Assembly: GCA_965223185.1 (NCBI GenBank)
Contig: OZ244988.1
Span: forward strand, 2,500,613 to 2,564,612
Reading direction: 5' to 3'
From: Nitrospirales bacterium
Lineage (GTDB): Bacteria > Nitrospirota > Nitrospiria > Nitrospirales > UBA8639
DNA: 64,000 nt
Both the position numbers and the translations under genes were made by a program. Of this stretch, positions 51,078-61,308 are shown piece after piece; position 1 is the first letter of the stretch, and each line of letters starts with the position of its first letter. The notes under the pieces are model-generated. The model saw only the letters and a list, made by a program, of their open reading frames with translations. It was not told the origin of the DNA and made no database searches.

Positions 51078-51944
51078 TTATGCTACACGAGATTGGGCTT
51101 CTTCCATGAGATCCAGCATGGAGGAAAGTTGTTTGCCTGCTTCGACCATACATATTTTAATGCTGTCTTCATCAAGGCTGGTGAGGGTCCATGATTCTGG
51201 AGCAACTAAAATTTCCCAATTGCCTTGTCCATTTGGTGATTGGAAACCTTCTGTGAGTGCGCCGGCGATGTTGAGTAATGCGGCTTCGAATTGATAGTCC
51301 GGTGTGCTACTTGGATGATGTTGATTTCGGATGGCTTCGCCCAAATTTTTTGGTAGTTGCCAGGCGTCCACAAGTGCTTTTCCCACTTGGGTATAATTGA
51401 ATCCTATGAGTTTTTCTTCAGTGATATAAATGGCTTCCCCTGAAGAGGCGGAAATTTTCATGGCCTCTTCGGCTTGTTCCGGAAGGTGTTGGTAGAGTAA
51501 GAGGTGTCCAAGATCTCGAAGCAATCCCTCCACGAACATTCGCTCGCTATCTACCAAAAAACATTTTCTGGCTAATTCTCGTGCCGCTAATCCGCTAAAG
51601 AAACTGTTGGCCCAAAAAATACTCATATTCATGACTTGTTGCGAGAGACCGGAAAAAGCTTTTGTGACGGAGACGGCTAACACCAAGTCATGGAGGGGCT
51701 GCATGCCTAAAATTCCAACGGCTCGCGATATAGTTTCTACTTTTCGTGGCATACCATAAAAGGCACTGTTGACGAGTTTTAACACTATTGCGGTCATGCC
51801 GGGGTCGATACTGATGGCGGCCGATAGATCGGCCATCGTGGATTCAGGATTATCGATGACCTTTTTGACTTGGAGATACACCTCGGGCAGTGTGACAAGA
51901 GAGGAGCACTGTTCAACGAGTTCTTCTGCGCTATTCATAATCAC
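51078..51944 (-). CDS. HDOD-domain signalling protein
   Basis: LPEVYLQVKKVIDNPESTMADLSAAISIDPGMTAIVLKLVNSAFYG and the downstream HD-like region (LLRDLGHLLLYQ) are typical of HDOD proteins. Confidence 0.8.
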   Translation of the reverse strand: MIMNSAEELVEQCSSLVTLPEVYLQVKKVIDNPESTMADLSAAISIDPGMTAIVLKLVNSAFYGMPRKVETISRAVGILGMQPLHDLVLAVSVTKAFSGLSQQVMNMSIFWANSFFSGLAARELARKCFLVDSERMFVEGLLRDLGHLLLYQHLPEQAEEAMKISASSGEAIYITEEKLIGFNYTQVGKALVDAWQLPKNLGEAIRNQHHPSSTPDYQFEAALLNIAGALTEGFQSPNGQGNWEILVAPESWTLTSLDEDSIKICMVEAGKQLSSMLDLMEEAQSRVA

Positions 51945-52103
51945 CCTTTATGCTGCTAATACTGAGCATGAGGCACACATTTTGTGCTTTATTTCTTTTC
52001 GGTTATTGTATTTGCGACCTTTAAGACCAAGTCTTTTTTAGTGGAATATGTATAATATTACCTAATGTTAGTTTTCTGGGCACAGTGGTTTTAAGGGAAG
52101 AGC

Positions 52104-53501
52104 TTACGGTGTGTGTGGTGGATCGGACTCGGAATGAGACTTGTGGCTGGGAAAGTTCTTGTGAATGCGTTCTTTTCCCCATTTAATGAGGCCAAATGAT
52201 AGAGCCAATGCAATGGGCACAAATAAACCAGAAGCCAGCGTATAACTCGGAAGCCAACCTAGGTCATGAATGGCCTTAAACAGATAATTAGCTAACCCGC
52301 TGAGATAGTAGGCAATGACAATCACGGAAAGCCCTTCGACCGTTTGTTGGAGAATGGCCTGGCTTTTGGTGGTTTGATCGACACTGGCTAAAAGTTTCAT
52401 ATTTTGATCTTGTTGAGCTAGGTTTTGTTCTTGTAGAACGAGTTCTACTTTCGTTCGCAGGACGGCAATAGTTCCTTCGAAATCTTGTTCTAACGCATGA
52501 ATTCGGTTAATCAATTGTTGGTACCCATCAGCCACTCCTGTAATTTTCCAATAAATATAATCCGTTAGGGTGCGATACGAGGGGAGGGCATGTTCCTGGA
52601 GTGCTCGGGCATTGCTGTGGACGATTCGGTCATACGGAACCGAGGCCGATAAGCGAAATCTCATAGAATCTGCCAGACGTCCCACTTCTAAGAAATCTTG
52701 TGTCAGTCCCCCAAGCCATTGTTGTAGACGTTCAGGCGTGGCTTCTTTGAGTTCCTTTGTGATCACGCTTCGTTGGTAAAGATGGCGTTGTTCATAGATT
52801 TGAACGTGATCCACTGATCGGGAAAAAGCTTTGTATGGCAAAAGAATGAGATGGGTATAGTTTTCCAATGTAATAAGGATATCAATTAAACGTGAAAGTT
52901 TGGGGAGCAGACGTGAGCCATCTGGTGCCCAAATCAGATAACGTTCCCGCCCATGCTCATCGGGCGTGAAGCTGGTGGCGACGGAGATATTCTCTTCGAG
53001 CACTTGGCTGGCATAAATCTGCGGACCCGGTAAGAGGGTCCCCAAAGCTTCTTGGTCGTAAGATTGTGATGGCGTGATGACGATATCGAGGGCATTGACT
53101 TCTAACCCCAATGGGGAAAAAGGAAAAACATAGTCGGGGAAAGTTAGAGGCCCAAATCCCAATGGGCCATTGTTTGGGCTTGGGATGTGCCAAATTTGAT
53201 AGCTGTAATATTCTGTATGGGCTTCCCATTTGGCAAGTAAGCGATCTCCATTTTTGGCTGTTTTCACCCCAAAACCCACTTTGTCATCAAGAACCGTTTG
53301 AGAGGAATCAATGGCGAGGCAGATAAGAAGTTGCTGAAACTCTTTTCGGCTTTGCGGACGTTCTAGGGCTGGATTGGCCATGCGTCGTGCCGTGTGGTGA
53401 ATGTGTGCTGGGGCCGTCAACCATCCTTCCAAATATTGCTCTTGCGCTTTGTGCAGGTGTTGAAGAATTCCTTTTTCTGGAGAAGTCGGTTTGAGACTCA
53501 T
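52104..53501 (-). CDS. DUF3422-like membrane-anchored protein
   Basis: 465 aa. KWEAHTEYYSYQIW resembles the W.(E/R)HTEF motif of DUF3422. A coiled-coil segment and two C-terminal TM helices follow. The family call is from memory. Confidence 0.55.
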   Translation of the reverse strand: MSLKPTSPEKGILQHLHKAQEQYLEGWLTAPAHIHHTARRMANPALERPQSRKEFQQLLICLAIDSSQTVLDDKVGFGVKTAKNGDRLLAKWEAHTEYYSYQIWHIPSPNNGPLGFGPLTFPDYVFPFSPLGLEVNALDIVITPSQSYDQEALGTLLPGPQIYASQVLEENISVATSFTPDEHGRERYLIWAPDGSRLLPKLSRLIDILITLENYTHLILLPYKAFSRSVDHVQIYEQRHLYQRSVITKELKEATPERLQQWLGGLTQDFLEVGRLADSMRFRLSASVPYDRIVHSNARALQEHALPSYRTLTDYIYWKITGVADGYQQLINRIHALEQDFEGTIAVLRTKVELVLQEQNLAQQDQNMKLLASVDQTTKSQAILQQTVEGLSVIVIAYYLSGLANYLFKAIHDLGWLPSYTLASGLFVPIALALSFGLIKWGKERIHKNFPSHKSHSESDPPHTP

Positions 53502-53636
53502 GAGATCTTGATGTTTGGTAGATAGACGAAATGAATATTATTCACAATTCTATTTGAAGCTGGTTCTACCGCAGTTACCCCTGGGGCCGCAAGTTCAAGG
53601 CTCAGAGTATTAGAAATCGAACCGTTTCTTTTATTT

Positions 53637-54635
53637 TTACGCATCAGATGCGCGGGCCCTCTGAATTTGAATCCATTCGACGATACGGTTTTCTGCCCAA
53701 AATGGATCTTCTTCTTTCCGGCGTGCTTGGAAAAATCCACAATGCCCCCCAAACTTAGTCGAAATCAACTGGATAGCGGAGTTGTTTCTTAATGAAGGTT
53801 GATTGAAAATGGTTGTTGGAATAAAGGGGTCGTCTTGTGCCGTCACGATGAGAGTAGGGATAGCGATGGTATGAAGGAAATTGTTCGCGGCACTCTGTGT
53901 ATAATAGTCTTCCGCATTGGAGAATCCCCCATCTGGAGCGGTGTACAGATTATCGAATTCCCACATGGTATGTATGTGTGGAAGGTGTGAAAGATCCCAT
54001 TTGCCGGGGTAGAGTTGGTTTTTTCGACGTAATTTGGCTTTTAGGCTTCGTAAAAAGTATTGATGATAAATCCAATTTGAGGGGTGTTGAAGGGCCCGCA
54101 CACATAAGGCTGGTTGAATGTTAGGACAGACAGCCGCAACTCCTTGAAGTGAGGGAAGTGTATTTCTAATTTCTCCGGCTAGTTTCAGGGCCAGATTGCC
54201 ACCCATTGAATAGCCGATAAGCCAAATATCTCCGCAGTGATCGTGTTCAGTGAGGTCCAGAATAATTTGTCGATAGTCATGGCTTAAGCCATTATGATAC
54301 AGGGTCGGGGTGAGATGCTCTGAATTGCCACAATTTCGTTGGTTAATGCGGATACAATTCCACCCCTTTGCCCAAATTTTGTGAGCGAGGCCGATCATAT
54401 AATGGGATTCTGTACATCCTTCAAGCCCATGAAGGAGCAAAACGGTTGGTTTGTCCTTGGGTGAAGGTTGCCAATGACATTTAGCGAGGAGCTTGGTTTC
54501 CGGTGTGACTTGAAAGGTTCGAGGGAGGGTACCCATGGTGGGTGAATCCTTTCCCCGTGGCCACCAACGTGGGAGAAGAGTCATCCGATGTGGATTGCGT
54601 AAAAGGCGATGAGGGTAAAAGGGAAGAAAATCCAC
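53637..54635 (-). CDS. Alpha/beta hydrolase, YheT/ABHD1-3-like
   Basis: LLLHGLEGCTESHY (oxyanion region), nucleophile elbow GYSMGGN, and later Asp/His positions (AQDDPF, GGHCGF). Confidence 0.8.
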   Translation of the reverse strand: MDFLPFYPHRLLRNPHRMTLLPRWWPRGKDSPTMGTLPRTFQVTPETKLLAKCHWQPSPKDKPTVLLLHGLEGCTESHYMIGLAHKIWAKGWNCIRINQRNCGNSEHLTPTLYHNGLSHDYRQIILDLTEHDHCGDIWLIGYSMGGNLALKLAGEIRNTLPSLQGVAAVCPNIQPALCVRALQHPSNWIYHQYFLRSLKAKLRRKNQLYPGKWDLSHLPHIHTMWEFDNLYTAPDGGFSNAEDYYTQSAANNFLHTIAIPTLIVTAQDDPFIPTTIFNQPSLRNNSAIQLISTKFGGHCGFFQARRKEEDPFWAENRIVEWIQIQRARASDA

Positions 54636-54907
54636 GTTTAGGGAGCTTTTCCCCTCTTGAAATCATTGGGCGGCATGATCATGTTGGCATATGCTGAAAT
54701 AGTGAGAAGAGGCGATGCAGGGCTAGAAGAAACATTATCTTAAAAGAGAATCTGGGTACTCAAGCCTGCTACGTAAAAGTTTAACACTCGTTATTGACAG
54801 GCTATCCGAAAGTTCGGTAGAGGAGCCAGAAAGGCATTTTGTATGGTCTTGAGTTTATTTGTTCCATCGCCACTATTTGATTCTACAAAATCATCCTAAG
54901 ATGGTAT

Positions 54908-55450
54908 ATGAGTAAAACGAACAAGCCCAAACCTTCTGGTGGGAAAGAAAGTTTTTTAATTTTTATGGTGGTAGGTTGCGGTATTCTGGCTACTTTATCA
55001 TTGAATCCATTGACGAAGTCTAAGGCGCCTCAAGGCGGAGAGGGTCGTTCAACGGAGGTTATACCGTCACAACCGGAGACTTCCTCAATAAAAAACAATC
55101 AGGTATCGTTGTTGGATGTGCCATTAGCTACAGGCGATGAACCTCTTGATAAATTATTTGTGCAATCTGGGTGCGCCGTTTGTCATACCATTCCGGGAAT
55201 CGATCCGGCCATGGGTCGCCAGGGCCCCAAGTTGGTTTTAGGAACCAATGGGCCCAAACGGTTGGCCGACCCAAATTATCAGGGAACGGCTGAAAGTGTG
55301 CGGGAATATATTCAGGAGTCCATCTTAAGCCCAGGAGCCTATATTGTCCCAGGTTATTCCGATCGGGTGATGCCCCAATGGTATGGAAAGCGGCTCAATG
55401 CGAGGGCCTTAGACCGAATTTCAGGCTATCTGGAGGGCATAAAGGAGTAG
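54908..55450 (+). CDS. Membrane-anchored mono-haem c-type cytochrome
   Basis: N-terminal TM FLIFMVVGCGILATLSL, the haem-binding motif CAVCH, and a distal Met candidate (RVMPQW). Confidence 0.75.
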   Translation: MSKTNKPKPSGGKESFLIFMVVGCGILATLSLNPLTKSKAPQGGEGRSTEVIPSQPETSSIKNNQVSLLDVPLATGDEPLDKLFVQSGCAVCHTIPGIDPAMGRQGPKLVLGTNGPKRLADPNYQGTAESVREYIQESILSPGAYIVPGYSDRVMPQWYGKRLNARALDRISGYLEGIKE

Positions 55451-55491
55451 AATGAACAGCCTTTAGGGGAACTTGGCCCTTTTGGGTATTG

Positions 55492-56019
55492 TCAGGGGTG
55501 AAAGCGAAATCCAAATAAGAGGCCAATATTGAAGTTGTCACTATTTTTTCGATTATCAAAATCAAGATCTTGAAAGGTAAACAGAAGGGTGCTTGCTAAC
55601 GAAATGGTTCGGCTAATATGAAAAGCTGCCGTGGCTCCAAATGGGAAAATATAACTTGCATCATTATCGTCACTTCGTCCGCGTTCATAATCCCCGTAGA
55701 CAAATCCTAGTCCTCCAAAAGGAATCAAAGAAATCGCCCCAAGGGGAATGTGATACCTGGCAACACCTGCAAAGGTAATTTGGGTTAAATCTCCACCGGG
55801 CGTGATTAAGAGTTGCGGCCCTATGGAGAACTCCGAGTCTAGGTAGTAATCACCTTGGAAGCTCAAAGTAAAGACCGTGTCATCTGCTGTGTCAGCGAGA
55901 AACCCAACATCCGTGCCAAAGCCCCAGGGATTCTCAGCCCAGACTGGTGGGCTCACAAATGCGAGGAACATCAACAGAGCGAGAATGGCCAAAATCGTTT
56001 TAATCCATTTATCTACCAT
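55492..56019 (-). CDS. Small outer-membrane beta-barrel protein (OmpA-beta-barrel/OmpX-like)
   Basis: Signal peptide ending VWA, alternating hydrophobic beta-strand pattern, aromatic-rich C-terminal strand GLLFGFRF. Confidence 0.65.
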   Translation of the reverse strand: MVDKWIKTILAILALLMFLAFVSPPVWAENPWGFGTDVGFLADTADDTVFTLSFQGDYYLDSEFSIGPQLLITPGGDLTQITFAGVARYHIPLGAISLIPFGGLGFVYGDYERGRSDDNDASYIFPFGATAAFHISRTISLASTLLFTFQDLDFDNRKNSDNFNIGLLFGFRFHP

Positions 56020-56256
56020 ATGGGGAAATTTCCATTAATTTTCTGAAAATGTGAATGAATAGAAAGCTATGTTGGCTTGATTAAGAATATACCGTATTTC
56101 CCATTGGGATTTCACTGTCTCAATGATGAAAATTGAAAAAACTTTGTTGCTTTATTGAAATTCAAATGTATTCACCCAATTCTATCCCATAAACCTCGTA
56201 GAGATCCCCTTTTCAGTTTTGGTTTAGACGGGCATTGTGGGACCGTCACTCCTGCT

Positions 56257-56583
56257 TTAATCTTTTAACCCGACAGCTTCAGAAGCCGATTCGCCAGCAT
56301 TTGTGAGAGCTTCCCCTGTGGTTTCAGCCGCCTCTTTCATGGCTTCACCGGTATCTTCCATGCTTTCAGTTATGGCTTCGCCTGCATCTTTTGCTGCATC
56401 CGTAATAGCGTCACTGGTATTTTTCATGGCGTCACTCACAGACTCGGTTGCATTTTCAACTGCTTTGTCAATGGTCTTCCCAGCTTTTTGAGCCGGTCCT
56501 TCCGATTCACCACACCCAGCAAGGAATAAACCTGCCATACACATAGCCAACATAAGCCCTCGAAATGTTTCGAAGAATTTCAT
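56257..56583 (-). CDS. Acidic lipoprotein built from six tandem 11-residue repeats
   Basis: Lipobox LFLAGC. Repeats: AVENATESVSD AMKNTSDAITD AAKDAGEAITE SMEDTGEAMKE AAETTGEALTN AGESASEAVGL. Confidence 0.65.
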   Translation of the reverse strand: MKFFETFRGLMLAMCMAGLFLAGCGESEGPAQKAGKTIDKAVENATESVSDAMKNTSDAITDAAKDAGEAITESMEDTGEAMKEAAETTGEALTNAGESASEAVGLKD

Positions 56584-57008
56584 GGTCCAAACCTCCTGTT
56601 AAAAGATTGTTGGCCAATGGGCCTCCATCCAATTAAATATGGATGTTTTGGGGGGCTTCACACTTGGCGTGGGGGAAATCTGGAACATTGGGAGTTCAAC
56701 CTTTCCCCTATTTTTAAAAAACTATTACTATTGTAACGCAATTAGAAAAAAGAGCAATCCCTTTCGTGCTATGTTGATTCGAAGGGAAACATCTCATTTC
56801 GCGCTTGACATGACCAATCCAAATAAATTGGCGTAACGTAAAGGGAGGGAGGATGCCTCCTGGGAGACACGGGTTGAGGAATATTCCCCTTGAATGGGGT
56901 TTCCAGATTTTTTGCCTAAACTTTTTCTGTAACTCGTCGATAAGTTCCAGTACATACCTTTAATGATAACTCTTTTGAGATCCACAATTTTAAGAAGTTG
57001 AGGGTGTT

Positions 57009-57686
57009 ATGGCAAAACCGGTTGGAAAGCTAAAAAAAATTAATCTGACAGAAGTGTGGGCTAATGAAGTAGATGGCTTTGCTTCCTGGTTACAACAGGA
57101 TGAGATTTTGGAAATGTTAGGAGAAGCGCTGGAAGTATCCCTGAAGCCAGCTGGGGGCGACATTCCGTTAGATACATTGCCGGGTGCCACCTTAGCAAAA
57201 GATGCCAAGCGTGGAAATTATGTGCTTGTATTTGGTCATTTGGATGGGATCAGCCATGAATCCTTTGGAAAGCTTATCATGTATGCCGCTGGTTTGGAGG
57301 CCAAGGCCATTGTCTGTGTCGGACAAGAAATTGCTGCCGAAATTCGTCAGAGCTTGGATTGGCTCAATATGGTGTCCCGTGATGATGTGAATTTTTATGC
57401 AACCGAATTAGAATTGTGGCGAATTGATGATTCCGTCCCGGCTCCAAACTTCAATGTGGTGTGTGAGCCAAATATGTGGGCGAGACAGTTGAAAGCGGGT
57501 CAAGATGATGGCGAATCAGGGAGTGAGGTTAAGTCAAAAGATCATACTGAGCCCAAGCCAAAAAAAGATGAACCGGCAAAAGGAACTAAAGACAAAAACG
57601 TTGCTCCACAAGGCAAAGTCAACCCAAATTCTAAAGATGGGGTATCTGTTCGTCAGAACTTTGTGTATACGAAGACCTTTTCTTAA
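57009..57686 (+). CDS. Hypothetical protein resembling a degenerate PD-(D/E)xK-nuclease-like family, with a Lys-rich tail
   Basis: The N-terminus KLKKINLTEVWANEVDGFASWLQ, plus GKLIMYAAG and LDWLN, matches a widespread nuclease-like family I recall (IENQL..TDH.HLGK..TYA). The expected acidic/Gln motif is replaced here by VFGHL. Confidence 0.45.
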   Translation: MAKPVGKLKKINLTEVWANEVDGFASWLQQDEILEMLGEALEVSLKPAGGDIPLDTLPGATLAKDAKRGNYVLVFGHLDGISHESFGKLIMYAAGLEAKAIVCVGQEIAAEIRQSLDWLNMVSRDDVNFYATELELWRIDDSVPAPNFNVVCEPNMWARQLKAGQDDGESGSEVKSKDHTEPKPKKDEPAKGTKDKNVAPQGKVNPNSKDGVSVRQNFVYTKTFS

Positions 57687-57982
57687 AGATTATATGAGTC
57701 TGAAAAAAATCGGGAGTCAAATTCCCTCCCATATCGGTTTTCTTCTTTGCCTTTCTATAGTCAAATCTCAAATGTGGTCTTCCAAATGTTCGGCTAATGG
57801 GTTCTTAAGATTTGTAGTCTAAAAATTGCCAGTTATGGATTGGTGTTAGATTACGACCTTCCTTTCGGATTTTTGATCTTGTTATTCTAAAAAATGGGCA
57901 TTCGTGTCTTTCGAGGCTCTCTTAGTTCTCGGGCTTCTAGACAGGATGTATAGCATTCGGTATCCTTATCTTCCTTTCATTT

Positions 57983-59671
57983 ATGTCTTCTTCCGAACAC
58001 ATGGCGCCCGTAGATTTTATTCGATCTGTGATCATTGCTGATCTGGATTCTGGTCGATTCTCTAAACGGGTGCATACCCGATTTCCTCCGGAACCCAATG
58101 GGCATCTGCACATCGGCCATGCCAAATCTATTTGCCTTAATTTTGGTATTGCTCAGGAGTTTGGGGGTCTTTGTAATTTACGGCTAGATGATACCAATCC
58201 AACCAAAGAACATAGGGAGTATGTTGAATCCATACAAGAAGACGTTCGCTGGCTCGGATTTGATTGGGGAGATAGATTGTATTATGCCTCAGACTATTTT
58301 GAGTCTTTGTATGAGTTTGCCGTTAAGCTTATTCGTAGAGAAAAAGCCTATGTCGATAGTTTGACGGCAGATGAAATTCGAGAATGTCGTGGTACGTTAA
58401 CCGAGCCTGGAAGGGAAAGTCCGTACCGTGGCCGAAGTCGTGAAGAGAATCTTGACTTATTTGCCAGAATGCGATCAGGAGAATTTGAAGAAGGGGCTCA
58501 TGTCTTGCGTGCCAAAATCGATATGGCCTCTCCAAATATCAATTTGCGGGATCCGGCATTATATCGGATACGAAAAGCCACTCATTATCGAACTGGTGAT
58601 GCGTGGTGTATTTATCCAACGTATGATTTTGCCCATCCACTTTCGGATGCGCTGGAAAGCATTACCTATTCTTTGTGCACGTTGGAATTTGAAGACCATC
58701 GACCCTTGTACGATTGGGTTCTACGAGAATGCGAGGTTTCCTGCCCTTCCCAGCAAATTGAGTTTGCCCGGTTGAATCTGACCCAGACAGTGATGAGTAA
58801 ACGGAAACTCCTTCAACTTGTCGAGGAAAAACATGTACAAGGATGGGATGATCCTCGTATGCCGACCATAAAAGGATTGCGTCGACGTGGGTATACTCCA
58901 GCGTCGGTTAAAAATTTTTGTGAGCGTGTTGGTGTGGCGAAACGGGATAGTGTTATTGAACTGGGTCAGTTAGAACATGCGATTCGGGAAGACTTAAATC
59001 GCTCTGCACCTCGGGTGATGGTGGTGCTTCATCCGGTGAAAGTGATTATTGATAATTATCCAGAAGGGCAAACAGAAGAGTTGGAGGCGGTTAATAATCC
59101 TGAAGACGCGACACAAGGAACCCGTCGGCTTCCGTTTTCGCGTGAACTCTATATCGAATATGACGATTTCCGGGAGGATCCTCCCCACAAGTTTTTTCGA
59201 TTGTCTCCGGGGAAGGAAGTTCGTCTCCGGTATGCTTATATTATTCGTTGTGTGGGAGTAGAAAAAGATGAACAGACTGGGGTCATCACGGCCATTCGAT
59301 GTACTTTTGATCCGGATACGAAGCGTGGAGGTTTTCAGGCCGGTCGCAAGGTAAAAGGAACGATTCATTGGGTTTCTGCCAACCATGCCATGCCTGTTGA
59401 AGTGCGTTTATATGAGCCCTTATTAGAGTCCTCGCCCTCAAAAATTGCTAGTCAGTCGGATGAATCTCAAGTGTTGCTTAACCCTTGTTCTTTTCAAATC
59501 CTATCGGATTGCTGGGCTGAGCCCAGCCTAAAAGGGGCTGTAGTGGGTAGCCGTTTTCAGTTTGAGCGACAAGGGTATTTTTGTTTAGATCCCGACACAA
59601 AAGATCAGAAGCTTGTGTTTAACCGAACGGTATCCCTTAGAGATTCTTGGGCGAAAATTGAAAAGAAATAA
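57983..59671 (+). CDS. glnS: Glutamine--tRNA ligase
   Basis: Class I motifs [11 protein letters not shown] (HIGH) and VMSKRKL (KMSKS). The NFIR-like N-terminus DFIRSVI, 562-aa length and C-terminal anticodon-binding beta-barrel pattern fit GlnRS. Confidence 0.92.
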   Translation: MSSSEHMAPVDFIRSVIIADLDSGRFSKRVHTRFPPEPNGHLHIGHAKSICLNFGIAQEFGGLCNLRLDDTNPTKEHREYVESIQEDVRWLGFDWGDRLYYASDYFESLYEFAVKLIRREKAYVDSLTADEIRECRGTLTEPGRESPYRGRSREENLDLFARMRSGEFEEGAHVLRAKIDMASPNINLRDPALYRIRKATHYRTGDAWCIYPTYDFAHPLSDALESITYSLCTLEFEDHRPLYDWVLRECEVSCPSQQIEFARLNLTQTVMSKRKLLQLVEEKHVQGWDDPRMPTIKGLRRRGYTPASVKNFCERVGVAKRDSVIELGQLEHAIREDLNRSAPRVMVVLHPVKVIIDNYPEGQTEELEAVNNPEDATQGTRRLPFSRELYIEYDDFREDPPHKFFRLSPGKEVRLRYAYIIRCVGVEKDEQTGVITAIRCTFDPDTKRGGFQAGRKVKGTIHWVSANHAMPVEVRLYEPLLESSPSKIASQSDESQVLLNPCSFQILSDCWAEPSLKGAVVGSRFQFERQGYFCLDPDTKDQKLVFNRTVSLRDSWAKIEKK

Positions 59672-60470
59672 GACGAAATAGTTGGTGAGAAACACCGTCG
59701 TCGTCTCCTCCTCAATTCTTGGTATGCGATCTAAAACCGAAATGTTTAGCTTGAGAATTTAACGGTGGAAAATGTTTTAGCCTAGATTGAATGCCTAGCG
59801 GATTTCATACTTTCCAATTAAGAAGAATATCCTGTGGTAGGGACTCCATGTCAGTAAATTTCCTAAAATTTTGGAAACTCTCTAAGCGAGCATGTAGATT
59901 GAAATGGTTTCTATTTGAATTCTTAGGAATCCATAATGCCGCATGAATTGATTGTTTGAGGTTTGCCGATAACTAAGTAGAATTCTGGATAGGAAATATT
60001 TGCCGTTTCCGTGTACCATTTGTTTTACTCGTTCTTCATAAGTCTGAGTATTTTAATATACTGGCCAGAGTAAAGACTGGCCAGGTTCCTGCCGATATAT
60101 TCTATAGATGGCAGGAATGAAGAACCGCTTCCTTGGGGGGTCTTCTGCATGTTAGGAAAAGCGTGTTTTGTTATGGCCATGGTCTTTTTAGCCTGTTGCG
60201 TGGCCGTTCTCTCATGGTTTGGGTGGGTCCATGGAATATCATGGTCTCAGCGCAGAACCAGTTTTCCTACCCACATGTAATTCCCTTTTTCGGTTGTCCT
60301 ACCTGCCAGTTCGATTCAATTCAGGTTGTTTTCGAAAATCTTGATTTTTGTCAAGTCGTGTCTTGCGGGTAATACATGGCAAGACGGGCAATAAAAAAAT
60401 TATCTTTCCCTCTGGATAGAATAAAGACTGTTTAAAATTGCTTTCTTTGAATTAATGAAAGTGGTGGGAT

Positions 60471-61211
60471 ATGCGTGACAGTGACCGTTCCTTCCAAGGC
60501 ATGAATGGGCAATTAGCCTTCATCGGAAATGAGCCCAATTGGGTCGATGGTGAGACATACCCGCAACCAGAAAGTTTGAATGATACATTTTGGCGATGGG
60601 AGTTCCTTCGACGTAGAGCGGATTATCGACAGGATTGGGAAAAGTATTATCAATCCACCTATGAATATGACGTGGCCTGTGCGAATGATCCCAAATACCC
60701 TACGCGTTACCGGAAAAAAGTGGTGGCACCGGATCATCCTGCATTTAAAGCCCGTATGCCTAATTCTTTAGAGAAGTATCATTTGAGTGGTCTTCCCAAT
60801 CCAGCGATTGCAAAACCATGGATGCTATCGTTTGACTCAAATTATGGACGAATTTATTTTGGCCAAGGTCCGGATTGGTTAGGAGGGGGAGAGGAAATCA
60901 GTTTATGTCTTTCTGAATGGAGTGTGGCTGCGGTGTTTGATCTCAAAAAACCCTTGGCACCTCAATTGGATAAAGTGAAGGTAGACCTCTTGGAATGGCA
61001 AGATCATCAGGTTGGTCGAAATTTAGATAGGCGAAAATCCCGTGATGAATGGCCGTTGTATTTACGAATATTAGACGCAGTGGAGCTGGGTGTATCCTTT
61101 CGAGAGATTGGACGAAAGATTTTGGGACTTCAGGAAGATGATGTTGCTGAGGCTCGCATTGCTCAATTGTATAAACAAGCTTGTCAAATAAGTCAGCACT
61201 TTCCGGGATAG
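60471..61211 (+). CDS. WEFLRR-motif (DUF6499-like) protein with a C-terminal HTH-like region
   Basis: FWRWEFLRRRADYRQDWEKY matches the WEFLRRN..Y motif seen at the N-terminus of DUF2285/FseA-type regulators on mobile elements. The C-terminus LRILDAVELGVSFREIGRKIL looks like an HTH. Confidence 0.55.
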   Translation: MRDSDRSFQGMNGQLAFIGNEPNWVDGETYPQPESLNDTFWRWEFLRRRADYRQDWEKYYQSTYEYDVACANDPKYPTRYRKKVVAPDHPAFKARMPNSLEKYHLSGLPNPAIAKPWMLSFDSNYGRIYFGQGPDWLGGGEEISLCLSEWSVAAVFDLKKPLAPQLDKVKVDLLEWQDHQVGRNLDRRKSRDEWPLYLRILDAVELGVSFREIGRKILGLQEDDVAEARIAQLYKQACQISQHFPG

Positions 61212-61308
61212 AACAAATGGTTGAGGCAAGGTGTGTGAATATTGAACTCAGGTAGCTCTAAACCTTGAGGGTCGTCTAAGGGAAGAAACGTGGAGCGTTG
61301 AGGAAAAC

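Noticed and set aside
53498-53752. An 84-aa minus-strand ORF overlapping the 3' end of the alpha/beta hydrolase gene and abutting the DUF3422-like gene
   Set aside because: It overlaps the well-supported hydrolase frame by more than 100 nt in another frame and has no recognisable motif. It is probably spurious.
59672-60470. tRNA gene, integrase remnant or att site marking an island border downstream of glnS
   Set aside because: I could not fold any cloverleaf-like segment or see a T-loop GTTCRANNC motif. No integrase-like ORF is present. Only short hairpins occur (ctggccag..ctggccag, ttcctgcc..ggcaggaa, gtcttgc..gcaagac). This needs tRNAscan-SE or Infernal to be sure.
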